From an uncultured Candidatus Saccharibacteria bacterium (GTDB lineage: Bacteria; Patescibacteriota; Minisyncoccia; Phycocordibacterales; Phycocordibacteraceae), in contig CAZJKG010000003.1 of NCBI GenBank assembly GCA_964546795.1, positions 22,305 through 86,304 of the forward strand: a DNA stretch of 64,000 nt. Direction: 5' to 3'. Of this stretch, positions 10,501-20,379 are shown piece after piece (the first letter of the stretch is position 1; every line of letters starts with the position of its first letter). Below the pieces are notes generated by a model. It saw nothing but the letters and a program-made list of their open reading frames with translations. It made no database searches and had not been told where the DNA came from. A program made the translations under genes and the position numbers.

Positions 10501-12684
10501 TTAAAGAGTGGGTGTAATTGGAACCAGAGGTGTAGGCGCGGGTGCGGTGCAGACCGACGAGCCCTTAAGCGCCACCGCATTCGCACTAATGAGCGTCAGC
10601 CGGTCAACGAGAATATTTCCCGAGACATTGAGCGAACCGGAAGGATTTGCTATCGCTGTTTGTACTCCTGTTGTGAATGCATGCTTTTGGGCGTCGGCTA
10701 CATCAGAGGGCGTGGGAGGCATAGTTCCGAGTGTCTGTACATTGGCGATATATGTAGCATCTGACACTCCAGCGCCCGTCTGCAGTCCGGTCTGTACTTT
10801 CTGCACCATCGCACGCGCGGCAGCAATCGTCGTAGACGCGGTGATTGCCCAAGCAAGTGTTGGTGTGATTTCTGTCGCAAGCGCGTTCTGTGCGGCGCTT
10901 ATTTGAGCAGTATTGGTATTTGTAAAGTTAGTAAGATTTGTCAGGTCTGTTGGATTGCCATTCACTAAAGTACTTGATGCAACTGCTTGTTGAGCGACAC
11001 AGAAATCTATAAGAGCCGCAACGCTTGTGGATGCGGTATTTGCCGCGCTGCGAAGAGTATTCACAGCCGGTTCGTACTGCGTCAAACGATTCAACATATC
11101 GGGACCGGAAGTTGAGAGTGTCGCCGCAGTTGCAGCTACATTGGCGTTAGTAACGCCCAGATTGCCCGGCGAGTCCGTGTATTGCCGGAGCGGAGATACG
11201 GCACTTGAACCGGAGGGCTGATTGACTCCGAACAGACCGCCAGAACCGGGGCCGCCGAGGATCTTTGCCGCGAAGTCGACGGTCTTCAGAACGGTCGCGA
11301 TATTGGCAAGAATCCTAGTGATTTCAGGGCCTACATTTCCCATCCGAACTACCGAGTCCTGCTGGCCGCCAAGGACTTTGTTGAGACCGGCTGCGATGAC
11401 CGAACCGGGCGTCTTGATGGTGCCTGTCGTGCCGTCGGCATTCGTGCAAGGATCTCCGGGAGCAATGCCGAGGAAACTGTTGCCGGCGTTGGCAGCTTTT
11501 GCGCGAGCAAGGGCATCAGCTCTGGCGACAGCAGCGGCTGCTTTGGCGAGTTCGACCGCTCCTTCCTCATTGCCATCAGCAATGGCTTTGTTGTATGCGA
11601 AGTCGTAGGCGGCTGTGGCGGATGCATCAACTGCCGCGGCGTTCGCACCGGCGGCATCATTCGTCGTAAGCGCACCGAGCATGCCGTCGCTTTCCCCGCA
11701 CCACGATACGAAACCGTCGCCATAAGAGAGGTCTGCGAGACGCGCACCGGTAGCGCCACCCGCTCCAGGGCCAATAATAGCTGCGAGCTGATTCTGCGAA
11801 TTTTGATAGAGCGCGTAAGGATTATTTTGAATTTGAGTTGTGAGTGCGAACCATGATTCAATACCGCCGAGCGCCCAATTACCGTTGAGGTAGCCGTAGG
11901 GGTTCGGCGACGTTTTGCGGAGTGTATCCATATTAGCGGCCCAAAATCCGGCAAGGGATGTTTTATTCAAATAATCTTTGCGAAGGGCGGATATGATGGA
12001 ACCGGAGTAAGGCGACCTAGAACTCCGCATATACTGATCTAGATATGCGAGAGTGTGCACGTCCGATACTGTTTGCAAAGATGTTTGTATGTCTGCCACG
12101 AACTGCGGAATGCCCGTGCCGTTGGCCTTGCCGATGACGAACTGTATGACGCCTTCGGTTATGAGCTTCAACAATTTCCCCGATAGGACAAAAGCGAGCG
12201 GTTGGAGGACATACGCATCAATCCGCATGGCGACAAGCGCCGCTGAAGAGGTGACGGCCGCGACTTGGGTAATTGACTGAGTAATGAGAGAGATGGCAGA
12301 CGTGACGCAAGCACTCAAATTTACGCCTGCGGAAAATGTCTCTATGGACTTAAGTACGGAATCCGAAGTTGGGACCCCAGTCGGTGCCAAGGCAGCCAGA
12401 GCTGCTGGAGTCGATGCTAGACAGCCAGCGCCACTTGCGCTTGGGAGACCACCACCAAATTGTGACGCTGATGTTGTTAATTCTGTTCCAGGTACGCTCA
12501 AGGAAGATGCTCCACCAGACGTTAGATTTAACGTGCCATCAAGAGTTGCGGAGGTAGCGCCTTGCGGAAGTGTCGTCGTAAGTTGCGCATGCACTTTCTG
12601 AGGAGCGGTGAGAAGCGCGGAGGGTGTGATAAGAATAGCTATAAGAAGTGTGGCGAGCGTTTTAGAAAAGAAAGATGGCTTCAT
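10501..12684 (-). CDS. Large secreted/membrane Ala/Thr/Gly-rich hypothetical protein
   Basis: 727 aa, signal peptide ending KVHA-Q, coupled to its neighbours. Confidence 0.8.
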   Translation of the reverse strand: MKPSFFSKTLATLLIAILITPSALLTAPQKVHAQLTTTLPQGATSATLDGTLNLTSGGASSLSVPGTELTTSASQFGGGLPSASGAGCLASTPAALAALAPTGVPTSDSVLKSIETFSAGVNLSACVTSAISLITQSITQVAAVTSSAALVAMRIDAYVLQPLAFVLSGKLLKLITEGVIQFVIGKANGTGIPQFVADIQTSLQTVSDVHTLAYLDQYMRSSRSPYSGSIISALRKDYLNKTSLAGFWAANMDTLRKTSPNPYGYLNGNWALGGIESWFALTTQIQNNPYALYQNSQNQLAAIIGPGAGGATGARLADLSYGDGFVSWCGESDGMLGALTTNDAAGANAAAVDASATAAYDFAYNKAIADGNEEGAVELAKAAAAVARADALARAKAANAGNSFLGIAPGDPCTNADGTTGTIKTPGSVIAAGLNKVLGGQQDSVVRMGNVGPEITRILANIATVLKTVDFAAKILGGPGSGGLFGVNQPSGSSAVSPLRQYTDSPGNLGVTNANVAATAATLSTSGPDMLNRLTQYEPAVNTLRSAANTASTSVAALIDFCVAQQAVASSTLVNGNPTDLTNLTNFTNTNTAQISAAQNALATEITPTLAWAITASTTIAAARAMVQKVQTGLQTGAGVSDATYIANVQTLGTMPPTPSDVADAQKHAFTTGVQTAIANPSGSLNVSGNILVDRLTLISANAVALKGSSVCTAPAPTPLVPITPTL

Positions 12685-13697
12685 GGCTTGGTGGCGGCTT
12701 GTTGGCTCGCGGCAATATTCTGCATGAGATTCACGAAGGCAGCGCCGGGCGCACCCGCAGGAAGAGAAATGTCGGCTGTTTTATATATCGTGCCGATGTG
12801 TATGAATGCGTTGCCGAGAGCAAGCACCGTCTGCGGATATTGCTGCAATGCAAGTATGGTCGCCAAGGGGTCATCGTTCACTTTGGTGAAATCGTCGGCT
12901 ATTTGGCTCGTGCGCATGAGCGCATTTATAAGTGCAAGGTCGTCTCCGGCAAGTTCCTCGGGCACGGGAAGTACTGCAAGTCCGATGGCGGATTCCCGAT
13001 AGGTCTTTGCTATGGAAGATATATACAAAAGCGCTTCGGCATCGTCCTTCTCAACCGCGTCTTGCAGATATAAAATCTCACTCTTCGTTGCATTACTCGT
13101 TTTCTTTAAAAGCACCGCCTCGGCCTGAACGGCAAATGTCTTGAGCGCTTCCGCTCCGGTGCCGCGGACCGCGATATCTTTTGCGGATTTGAAATCGGGC
13201 GCGAGCGCGAGAGATGTTGAAAGCGACTGCAATGCCTGATTGGCGACATTGTTCATGTCATTTTCGGAAAGATCCGCTCCGCCGCTCGTCTGCTTCGCAG
13301 CGAGATAGAGCGTAAAGAATGTTTTTGCGAAGGCGGCGGTAATAGTTCCTTCCGATGGCGCACCCGATGGCGAGGTTTCAGAACCGGCGACGGGAATATC
13401 GGCGATTGCTTTAGGCACGATGAGGCCGCGAGTAACTGCCTCTCCGTCGGTCATACCGAGGTGAAACGTATCGGTAGTACTTGGAGAAGTGCCGTAGAGG
13501 ACCTCTTCCCAATCAGGAAGACCATCGCCGTCAGCATCTTTCGTCGCGATCGCCTGCAGAAGCGCTGTCTCGGTGGAGGCCTGCGCGACCGGAGGCGATT
13601 CAATGCCGCGTCCAAGCGCATACACGCCGACGATAAGCACTACCGAGAAGAGTGTTGCGGCAAGAACACGCCAATTTCCGAGAATTCTTTCCCTCAT
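12681..13697 (-). CDS. Membrane-anchored protein with Ca-binding-like DxDGDGLPDWEE motif
   Basis: N-terminal TM; DADGDGLPDWEE...GMTDGEAV. Confidence 0.75.
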   Translation of the reverse strand: MRERILGNWRVLAATLFSVVLIVGVYALGRGIESPPVAQASTETALLQAIATKDADGDGLPDWEEVLYGTSPSTTDTFHLGMTDGEAVTRGLIVPKAIADIPVAGSETSPSGAPSEGTITAAFAKTFFTLYLAAKQTSGGADLSENDMNNVANQALQSLSTSLALAPDFKSAKDIAVRGTGAEALKTFAVQAEAVLLKKTSNATKSEILYLQDAVEKDDAEALLYISSIAKTYRESAIGLAVLPVPEELAGDDLALINALMRTSQIADDFTKVNDDPLATILALQQYPQTVLALGNAFIHIGTIYKTADISLPAGAPGAAFVNLMQNIAASQQAATKP

Positions 13698-13793
13698 AGC
13701 TTCGCCTTAAAGTATAGCAGTCAAGCCCGAAAAGAGGAGTGATTGTATCTGTATATAAGGTGTGTTAGGAAGGAACACCTCGGAAGGCCAGGA

Positions 13794-14591
13794 TTATCTA
13801 CTTATACCAAGCCACATCGAAAGAGGTAGGTCTTCGGCGCGTGCTTTCAGAGGAATATCCCCGACAGGGAGGCCAGCGTCAATGAGATTGTTCCGCACGA
13901 ATTTGCGCTTATGCGCGAATCCGGCGTGAATAAAAGTGAAGAACCGCTGTTCTTCTTCCGGCGTAGAGAAATTTTCTCGTGAAATGTCGCGGACGGTGAG
14001 CACTGCGGAGTCAACGTTCGGTGCGGGCTTAAAGGCCCCACGCGGTACAGTAAATTCATACTTCGCTGTTCCGTATGCCTTCACCGAGAGCGAAAGGATG
14101 CTTTCCTTATTCTTGCCGAGCCTGCCTGCCGGCAGGCAGGCGATGCGCTGCGCAACTTCTTTCTGCACGAGAAGTGTCATTGCATTTGGCTGATGCTTTG
14201 AGCCAAGAAACATTCGAAATATTTCGCCAGTGAGATAGTAGGGAATATTCGCCACTACCTGATATCCACTATTTTCTGCTATAGCAATATTTAATGGATA
14301 GTTGCGAATATCGCTATGTATGAGCTCGAGGCGACCATCTGCGATATCGCGGATGAAATCAATCTGTAATTTTTTAAAAAGTGCCTGGTCTGCTTCAATG
14401 GCAATAACCTTCCCCGCCACTTTCAGAAGTTCCCGCGTGAGCATACCTGTCCCAGGACCAATCTCAAGCACGACTGTTTCCGACGTAAGGCGTGCGACAA
14501 GTGCAATGCGCTCCGCTATGCGCGCATGCATCAAAAAGTTCTGCCCTAAACTTTTCCTCGCCCTGAGCGGAGTCGAAGGGTTGGTCCGCAT
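13794..14591 (-). CDS. rsmA: 16S rRNA m6,2A dimethyltransferase KsgA
   Basis: KSLGQNFL, VLEIGPGTG, ANIPYY, QKEVA, FKPAPNVDSA, RAEDL. Confidence 0.97.
   Translation of the reverse strand: MRTNPSTPLRARKSLGQNFLMHARIAERIALVARLTSETVVLEIGPGTGMLTRELLKVAGKVIAIEADQALFKKLQIDFIRDIADGRLELIHSDIRNYPLNIAIAENSGYQVVANIPYYLTGEIFRMFLGSKHQPNAMTLLVQKEVAQRIACLPAGRLGKNKESILSLSVKAYGTAKYEFTVPRGAFKPAPNVDSAVLTVRDISRENFSTPEEEQRFFTFIHAGFAHKRKFVRNNLIDAGLPVGDIPLKARAEDLPLSMWLGISR
14121..14140. repeat. Perfect 20 bp palindrome inside rsmA (encodes CLPAGR)
   Basis: CCTGCCTGCCGGCAGGCAGG. Confidence 0.75.
14561..14580. repeat. Palindromic repeat, CCTTCGAC-nnn-GCTCAGG family, copy 2, in rsmA N-terminus (PSTPLRA)
   Basis: CCCTGAGCGGAGTCGAAGGG. 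Confidence 0.65.
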
Positions 14592-14611
14592 TGCTGTACA
14601 ATACTGGTTGT

Positions 14612-14953
14612 ATGGACAACCGCAAACTTACGCAAAGAGATTTTGAACACGGACCGGCGCGCGAGACATTCAGCCATTTGCAGCATCTTGCCGGCTTGAG
14701 CGAGCAAGGGCGCGGACGCGTCGATGACGCCATGAAAGCAGCGGTCGCTCACGTGGAGAAAACGCGCGGCTTGCAGTATGGAATGCAAAGTCAGCACGTC
14801 GATATGGCTCTGAACTTTTTAGACAAGCACTATGCAGGTCGTCATGACCTGAAGACCAAAGAACGCGAGTTGGTTAAAGAAACGTTCAAAAGACACTTCA
14901 ATATCAAAGACGAACTTCCACCCGAGACACACGAAGAAAAAGAGACCGCTTAG
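14612..14953 (+). CDS. Hypothetical protein (113 aa)
   Basis: Fills the gap between rsmA and pcrA; TACAAT shortly before ATG. Confidence 0.7.
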   Translation: MDNRKLTQRDFEHGPARETFSHLQHLAGLSEQGRGRVDDAMKAAVAHVEKTRGLQYGMQSQHVDMALNFLDKHYAGRHDLKTKERELVKETFKRHFNIKDELPPETHEEKETA

Positions 14954-16887
14954 GCATCAATAATTTCCTCTCCATCGGTTTCATCGTGGAGCATGAGTGA
15001 GGAATTGATATCGGCAAGAAATGATGATGGTTCGGCGGCGTAATCGGTTCCGTAGATTTTACGAACGCGGGCGAGCGTCAGGAAAAGACGTTCTTTTGCG
15101 CGCGTCATAGCGACATAGAAGAGTCGCCGCTCCTCTTCTTCATCGCGATCCCTTTCGCCTCCCATATCGGTGTGCGGGAATAACCCTTCTTCCATGCCAC
15201 TCACGAAGACGGTGCCGAATTCAAGACCCTTCGCCGCATGGACGGTCATGAGCGTGACGCCCCTCTTCTCGTCCCGACGATCCATCTCATCCTGATCGCT
15301 CGCGAGTGCGGCTTCGGCAAGAAAAGCCGCTATACCTTCCATGCCGGGCACGAAGTCGTGCCGCGCAGCGACTGATGCGAGTTCTTCTACGTTTTCAAAG
15401 CGTTCGCGGTCTTCTGCACTACCCTCTTCCACAAGCGCACGGCGCATGCCGCTCTTCTCGATGACGAGTTTTACGAATTCGGAAGAGGTGAGCGAGAGCG
15501 CAGCATGCGAAAGTTCGTTGACGATGCGCTCAAATTCTTCGACTTTCTTTATCTCTCCCATGCGCAGCTGTGAGCGCTGGCCCGCCACAAGTTTTCCGAG
15601 CGTCACTTTGCCGATGCCGCGCGACGGGTTCATAGCGGCCCGGACTTTATCGACTTCGCGCGAAGGATCTATAGCGAGGCGTATCCATGCAAGTGCATCC
15701 TTCACTTCCTTGCGTGCGAAGAAATGCGTGCCGAGCAATTTATAGGGCACGCCGGAGCGGAGCAGTCCCTCCTCAAGTGCGCGTGATTGGAAGTTCGTAC
15801 GGAAAAGTATAGCGATATCCTCGGGAGGAATACTCTTCTTCATTAACTCCCGTATTTTCAGGGCTATCCAACGCGCCTCATCCTCAGCGGAGCGCGCCAT
15901 ATGAACGACGATGGGCTCGCCTGCCGCACGTTCGGTCACCGAGTATTTTTCCTTTCTATTTTTATTCTTTTCTATAACCGCGTTTGCAGCATCAACCAGG
16001 TTCTTCGTCGAGCGGTAATTGCGTTCTAGAATAATCGTCTGCGCCTCCGGATATTCTTTGTCGAACTCGAGCAGATTTTCTATCGTCGCTCCACGCCAGG
16101 TATAAATGGTCTGATCGATGTCGCCGACGACGAACAGGTTCCGATGTTTCGCGGCGAGCATGTTCGTGAGCCGCCCCTGGAGCGCATTCGTATCCTGGTA
16201 TTCGTCGATGTGGAGATACTGCCAACGATTCTGGGCAAGCGCGCGGACATCGACATGTTCTTCAAGCATCCGTAGCGGAAGTGCGATGAGGTCATCGAAA
16301 TCGAGCGCTTTTTCTGCAGCAAGAATCTTCTCGTAACGAAGCCATGCTTCTGCGGCTATGCGCGCGCCGAAGCTCTCGCGGCCGTGCTTCTCATAAAATT
16401 CTCGAGCGAGCATCCCTTCGCCCTTCGCTCTCGAGATGCGGCTTAGAACCGCCCGAGGCGAGAGTTCTTTTACCGAAACATCGAGTTCTTTGAGCGCTGT
16501 GGTTATCGCTTTTTCGGAATCATCTCGATCGTAGACGCTGAAGAAGCGCGGGATGCCGATACTTTTCCCATAGCTTTGGAGAAGTTCTCGACCGAGGCCG
16601 TGGAACGTGGCTATGAAGGGCTCGGAAACAGCATGGTCATCGGGTTCGAGCATGGTGCGGACCCGATTTTTCATTTCACGGGCGGCCTTATTGGTGAACG
16701 TAACAGCAAGGATCTTCTCCGCACTGACACCCTCGCGAATAAGGTGGTAGATGCGTGTCGTGAGTACATTCGTTTTCCCGCTTCCGGCACCGGCGAGGAC
16801 CGAGATGGGGCCGCTTTTCGCAAGCACGGCCCGCTTCTGGGCATCATTTAATCCTGTGAGATAGTTCACTGTCAGAATATAACGCAT
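14950..16887 (-). CDS. pcrA: ATP-dependent DNA helicase PcrA/UvrD
   Basis: AGAGSGKT, TFTNKAA, DEYQD, GDIDQTIY, NYRST, TVHAAKGLEF, EERRLFYVAMTRA; exact start uncertain. Confidence 0.95.
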   Translation of the reverse strand: MRYILTVNYLTGLNDAQKRAVLAKSGPISVLAGAGSGKTNVLTTRIYHLIREGVSAEKILAVTFTNKAAREMKNRVRTMLEPDDHAVSEPFIATFHGLGRELLQSYGKSIGIPRFFSVYDRDDSEKAITTALKELDVSVKELSPRAVLSRISRAKGEGMLAREFYEKHGRESFGARIAAEAWLRYEKILAAEKALDFDDLIALPLRMLEEHVDVRALAQNRWQYLHIDEYQDTNALQGRLTNMLAAKHRNLFVVGDIDQTIYTWRGATIENLLEFDKEYPEAQTIILERNYRSTKNLVDAANAVIEKNKNRKEKYSVTERAAGEPIVVHMARSAEDEARWIALKIRELMKKSIPPEDIAILFRTNFQSRALEEGLLRSGVPYKLLGTHFFARKEVKDALAWIRLAIDPSREVDKVRAAMNPSRGIGKVTLGKLVAGQRSQLRMGEIKKVEEFERIVNELSHAALSLTSSEFVKLVIEKSGMRRALVEEGSAEDRERFENVEELASVAARHDFVPGMEGIAAFLAEAALASDQDEMDRRDEKRGVTLMTVHAAKGLEFGTVFVSGMEEGLFPHTDMGGERDRDEEEERRLFYVAMTRAKERLFLTLARVRKIYGTDYAAEPSSFLADINSSLMLHDETDGEEIIDA

Positions 16888-16919
16888 AAATCGATTTCCA
16901 CAGCTATCAGACAGGGCGA

Positions 16920-16947
16920 TTGACTACCTCCCCTGTTCAGCTATACT
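16920..16947 (+). promoter_or_regulatory. Promoter of LysM-M23 gene
   Basis: TTGACT-16bp-TATACT. Confidence 0.5.
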
Positions 16948-16980
16948 TTCCCTATCTACTGATACGGAAGCATTCAAGGA

Positions 16981-18174
16981 ATGGCTTATATACGAGAGTA
17001 TGTAAGCCATTCTTGTATTATCGGACCCACCGGATTCCCTCGTTCACCTATTGAACTAAACCAACATCTTCCCGACTCGCTGGCCCACGGCACGAGACCG
17101 GATACATATGCGAAATTCCTTGAACAAGGCGCTCTGCTCATAGCCGGGTGCACTGTTTTTGTAGGAATCTTTTCACTCCTGCCGAATCGCGCACACGCGT
17201 TCTGGCCTTTCTCTACCCGCGCGGATGCCGCAGCGAACACTTTTATTCCAAGTGCTTCCACACCGGTACTTGCGGCAAGCATCAACAGTAACCCCAACGC
17301 AGGCGTACCCATCGCGCTCTCCACTTCGGGCGGCTCGGCACTCATTTCCTATAGAGGCCCTTCTGACGCAATAGACAATGTTGCGGGCGTTGCGACGCCC
17401 GACCGCATTTCCGTCTATGTAGTGCGCCCGGGCGATACGCTCTCGGATATCGCGAGTATGTTCAATGTCTCGGTGAACACTATTATCTGGGCGAATGATC
17501 TTAAGAGTGTGCGTGATGTGCATCCCGGCGATACACTCATCATCCTGCCCGTCTCAGGCGTCGAACGCACTGTCGTCAAAGGCGATACGCTCAAATCGAT
17601 CGCGAAGAAATACGGAGCGGATGCGGAAGAGATCGCGCAATATAATGGTCTCGATCCGGCGGAGGCACTCGCGGTCGGTTCTACTATCATCATCCCCGGC
17701 GGAGAAATCGCCGCACCGGCATCAAGCGCGCGTTCATCGGGTTCTTCTTTTGTCCGCGAGCCATATCTGGGAGGTGGCGGTTCCGTTCAGAGCGGCTACT
17801 ATGGCAACCCCGTACCGGGCGGCACTATCACACAAGGTCTCCATGGATGGAACGGTATCGATATTGGTGCGGCGCGCGGGACCCCGGTTCACGCGGCAGC
17901 AGACGGCACCGTCATCGCGGCGCGCAAGAATGGCGGATGGAACGGCGGCTATGGCAACTACGTCGTCATCACGCACAGCAACGGCACACAAACACTCTAT
18001 TCCCACATGAGAAGCGTCATTATCTCTTCCGGACAGCCGGTTTCCTCCGGACAGGTCATTGGCTACGTCGGCGCGACAGGCCAGGCGACAGGCCCGCATC
18101 TCCACTTTGAAGTCCGTGGGGCGGCAAACCCGTTCCGTAATTGTTTTGTCGGTTCCGTTTGCTCTCCGCAATAG
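16981..18174 (+). CDS. LysM x2 + M23 peptidase (cell-wall hydrolase); start uncertain
   Basis: YVVRPGDTLSDIA, VVKGDTLKSIA, GIDIG, GGYGNYVVITH, TLYSHM, TGPHLHFEVR; the first Zn ligand (HxxxD) reads WNGID, with a His two residues upstream. Confidence 0.9.
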   Translation: MAYIREYVSHSCIIGPTGFPRSPIELNQHLPDSLAHGTRPDTYAKFLEQGALLIAGCTVFVGIFSLLPNRAHAFWPFSTRADAAANTFIPSASTPVLAASINSNPNAGVPIALSTSGGSALISYRGPSDAIDNVAGVATPDRISVYVVRPGDTLSDIASMFNVSVNTIIWANDLKSVRDVHPGDTLIILPVSGVERTVVKGDTLKSIAKKYGADAEEIAQYNGLDPAEALAVGSTIIIPGGEIAAPASSARSSGSSFVREPYLGGGGSVQSGYYGNPVPGGTITQGLHGWNGIDIGAARGTPVHAAADGTVIAARKNGGWNGGYGNYVVITHSNGTQTLYSHMRSVIISSGQPVSSGQVIGYVGATGQATGPHLHFEVRGAANPFRNCFVGSVCSPQ

Positions 18175-18311
18175 GCCTGCAGAGCCAAGCTTGCTCCCCG
18201 CGCTCGCTCAGAAGAATGAAATAAGCAAAGCTTGCTCCCTACGTTCATTCACGAAAGAAAAATCAGAATCTTTCTTTCGTCTCACTCGCTTGGTAGTAAT
18301 TTTTACTACAT

Positions 18312-19892
18312 TTATTCAAATCCGAATAATCCGCGCGGGCGATATTGCAGTGCCTCGTGTACGAAAGCTGGCGTGACGGAACTAGAACCTGCGAGGTCGG
18401 CAATGGTTCGTGCGACGCGCATGGTGCGATGATAGCTCCGGGGCGAGAGACGGAGGCGTGCTGCGGAGAGTGTGAGTGCCTCTTTCGCTTCGGCAGTGAA
18501 GACACTTTTCTCGTCGAGTTGCCGGCTCGTGAGCGCAGCGTTCGTCGCGCCCTTTTTGCCGGTGCGTGTCTGTGCACATTTGCGCGCTGCAACGACGCGT
18601 TCGCGCACGAGTTCCGATGATTCACCGCTTGCGAGCTTCGCGAGCGTATGGTGCGGAACGAGCGGTACCTCGATCCAGAGATCGAGACGGTCAACGATAG
18701 GACGGGAAATGCGGCGCGCCTGTTTGGCCGCCGCGCGTATTGCCACGCGCGAGTCGTCGGAAAGGGTGTCTGCCGGATTCATGGCCGCAACGATCATGCA
18801 ATCAGCCGGAAAAGTCACACTGGCGCGCGCCCGAGAGACGGTGACGACGCGGTCTTCAAGCGGTTGTCGTAGTGCCTCAAGCGTTCGAGAATCAAATTCC
18901 GGAAATTCATCGAGGAACAGAACACCTTTGTGCGCGAGCGTGACTTCGCCGGCTTTCGGGAAGGCACCACCTCCCACGATCGCTACATGCGATATCGAAT
19001 GATGTGGAGAGCGGAACGGCGGCCAGTACACCGCTTCCCCTTCTTGGAGAAGTCCTGCCGTTGAATGTATTGCGGTCACTTCTAGCATATCGTCATCGGT
19101 GAGAGGTGGAAGAATGCCCGCAAGTGCGCGAGCAAGCATGGTCTTGCCGGTGCCGGGCGGACCGTAGAAGACGATATTATGGCGACCGGCAGCGGCGATT
19201 TCGAGTGCGCGCTTCGCGCTCTCCTGTCCCTTCACGTCCGCGAGGTCAATAGCGGGCGGAGGCGATGGAGCGCGGCGGTCACGCACAAGCCGCGGCAAGG
19301 GTTTCTCCTTTTTAAAATGTTGCAGGAGTGCCGAGAGGGATTTTGGCGCATAAACGGCAACACCTTCGGCAAGCAATGCTTCACTGGAATTTCCGGGAGG
19401 CACATATATCGTCTTCACACCTTTTCGTTTCGCGGCTAACACCTGCGGAAGAACGCCTCTTACACCGCGCAACGTTCCATCGAGCGCCAACTCACCGATA
19501 AGTAATATGTCTTCGGTGAGTGCTGCAAGGTCTCCGGCGGCGATGAGATATGCGAGTGCGAGCGCAAGGTCGTAGTGTGAGCCCTCCTTTTTCAGATCCG
19601 CAGGCGACAACGAAAGAACGATACGCTTATTCTGCTGCTTGGGCGGCTTGTAGCCGGAGTGGCGTATCGCCGCGCTCACTCGGTCGCGTGCTTCCTCAAC
19701 CGCTTTATCAGCAAGGCCAACAACCGAAAAAGTATGCAGTCCGCGCGTAAGATCCGCTTCAACACTGACTAGTTGTGCGGATGAGCCAACCGGCTGTGCA
19801 GCAAGTGTCTTGGCGTATCCATGCTTCGGTGCTGCGCGCTCCATAGGAGTGCGCGTGGAAAACGATCTGGATTTCGGTTTTATGACGGTCAT
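18312..19892 (-). CDS. comM: ComM/YifB Mg-chelatase-related AAA+ ATPase
   Basis: [61 protein letters not shown]. Confidence 0.92.
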   Translation of the reverse strand: MTVIKPKSRSFSTRTPMERAAPKHGYAKTLAAQPVGSSAQLVSVEADLTRGLHTFSVVGLADKAVEEARDRVSAAIRHSGYKPPKQQNKRIVLSLSPADLKKEGSHYDLALALAYLIAAGDLAALTEDILLIGELALDGTLRGVRGVLPQVLAAKRKGVKTIYVPPGNSSEALLAEGVAVYAPKSLSALLQHFKKEKPLPRLVRDRRAPSPPPAIDLADVKGQESAKRALEIAAAGRHNIVFYGPPGTGKTMLARALAGILPPLTDDDMLEVTAIHSTAGLLQEGEAVYWPPFRSPHHSISHVAIVGGGAFPKAGEVTLAHKGVLFLDEFPEFDSRTLEALRQPLEDRVVTVSRARASVTFPADCMIVAAMNPADTLSDDSRVAIRAAAKQARRISRPIVDRLDLWIEVPLVPHHTLAKLASGESSELVRERVVAARKCAQTRTGKKGATNAALTSRQLDEKSVFTAEAKEALTLSAARLRLSPRSYHRTMRVARTIADLAGSSSVTPAFVHEALQYRPRGLFGFE

Positions 19893-19897
19893 CGGTA

Positions 19898-20245
19898 TTA
19901 CAAATGCAGAGTGCAGGTCGTTGCGGCGGGATCGGCGGACAGTCGCGCCTCTTCTATCGCGGCACCGCACACTTTACATTTTCCATACGCTCTCTTTTCT
20001 ATCCTTGAAAGCGCAGAGAGAATGCTGTCGTAGCGCGCTTCGAGATCGGCGAAGATAGCGGTGTTGTTCTCTCTATCCACGATGATATTGGCCTGGTCGA
20101 TAAGGTCCGGTTCTGCGCCCGTCTCGGGCGAGGTGGGTTCCCAGTCATTTGGCACCATGGGATTCTTATGACCGATGTTCTGCATCTCCGATTCAAGCTT
20201 GATTTTCTCCGCTTCAAGCTTCTTCCTAAATTGTTCTGTCTTCAT
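19898..20245 (-). CDS. DksA/TraR family C4 zinc-finger protein
   Basis: Coiled coil, [25 protein letters not shown]...PAATTCTLH. Confidence 0.88.
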   Translation of the reverse strand: MKTEQFRKKLEAEKIKLESEMQNIGHKNPMVPNDWEPTSPETGAEPDLIDQANIIVDRENNTAIFADLEARYDSILSALSRIEKRAYGKCKVCGAAIEEARLSADPAATTCTLHL

Positions 20246-20357
20246 CCCGTTAGAGGCAGAGCGCGGCTATACGACCCACCATGTTACGCACGCTAGTAAT
20301 TCCACATTTTGTGAACATAGCTGTTTAAGTATATCGCGACCGCGGCCTCTAACGGGA
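20246..20357 (-). mobile_element. Start-codon-targeted hairpin element, copy 1 (at dksA-like gene)
   Basis: ATGAA-TCCCGTTAGAGGC...GCCTCTAACGGG-ATGAA. Confidence 0.8.
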
Positions 20358-20379
20358 TTCATGGGGAGATGATAACAGG

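Noticed and set aside
10500-10586. Extended start of the VirB6-like ORF
   Set aside because: Overlaps the upstream gene; ATG 10499 gives a proper signal peptide.
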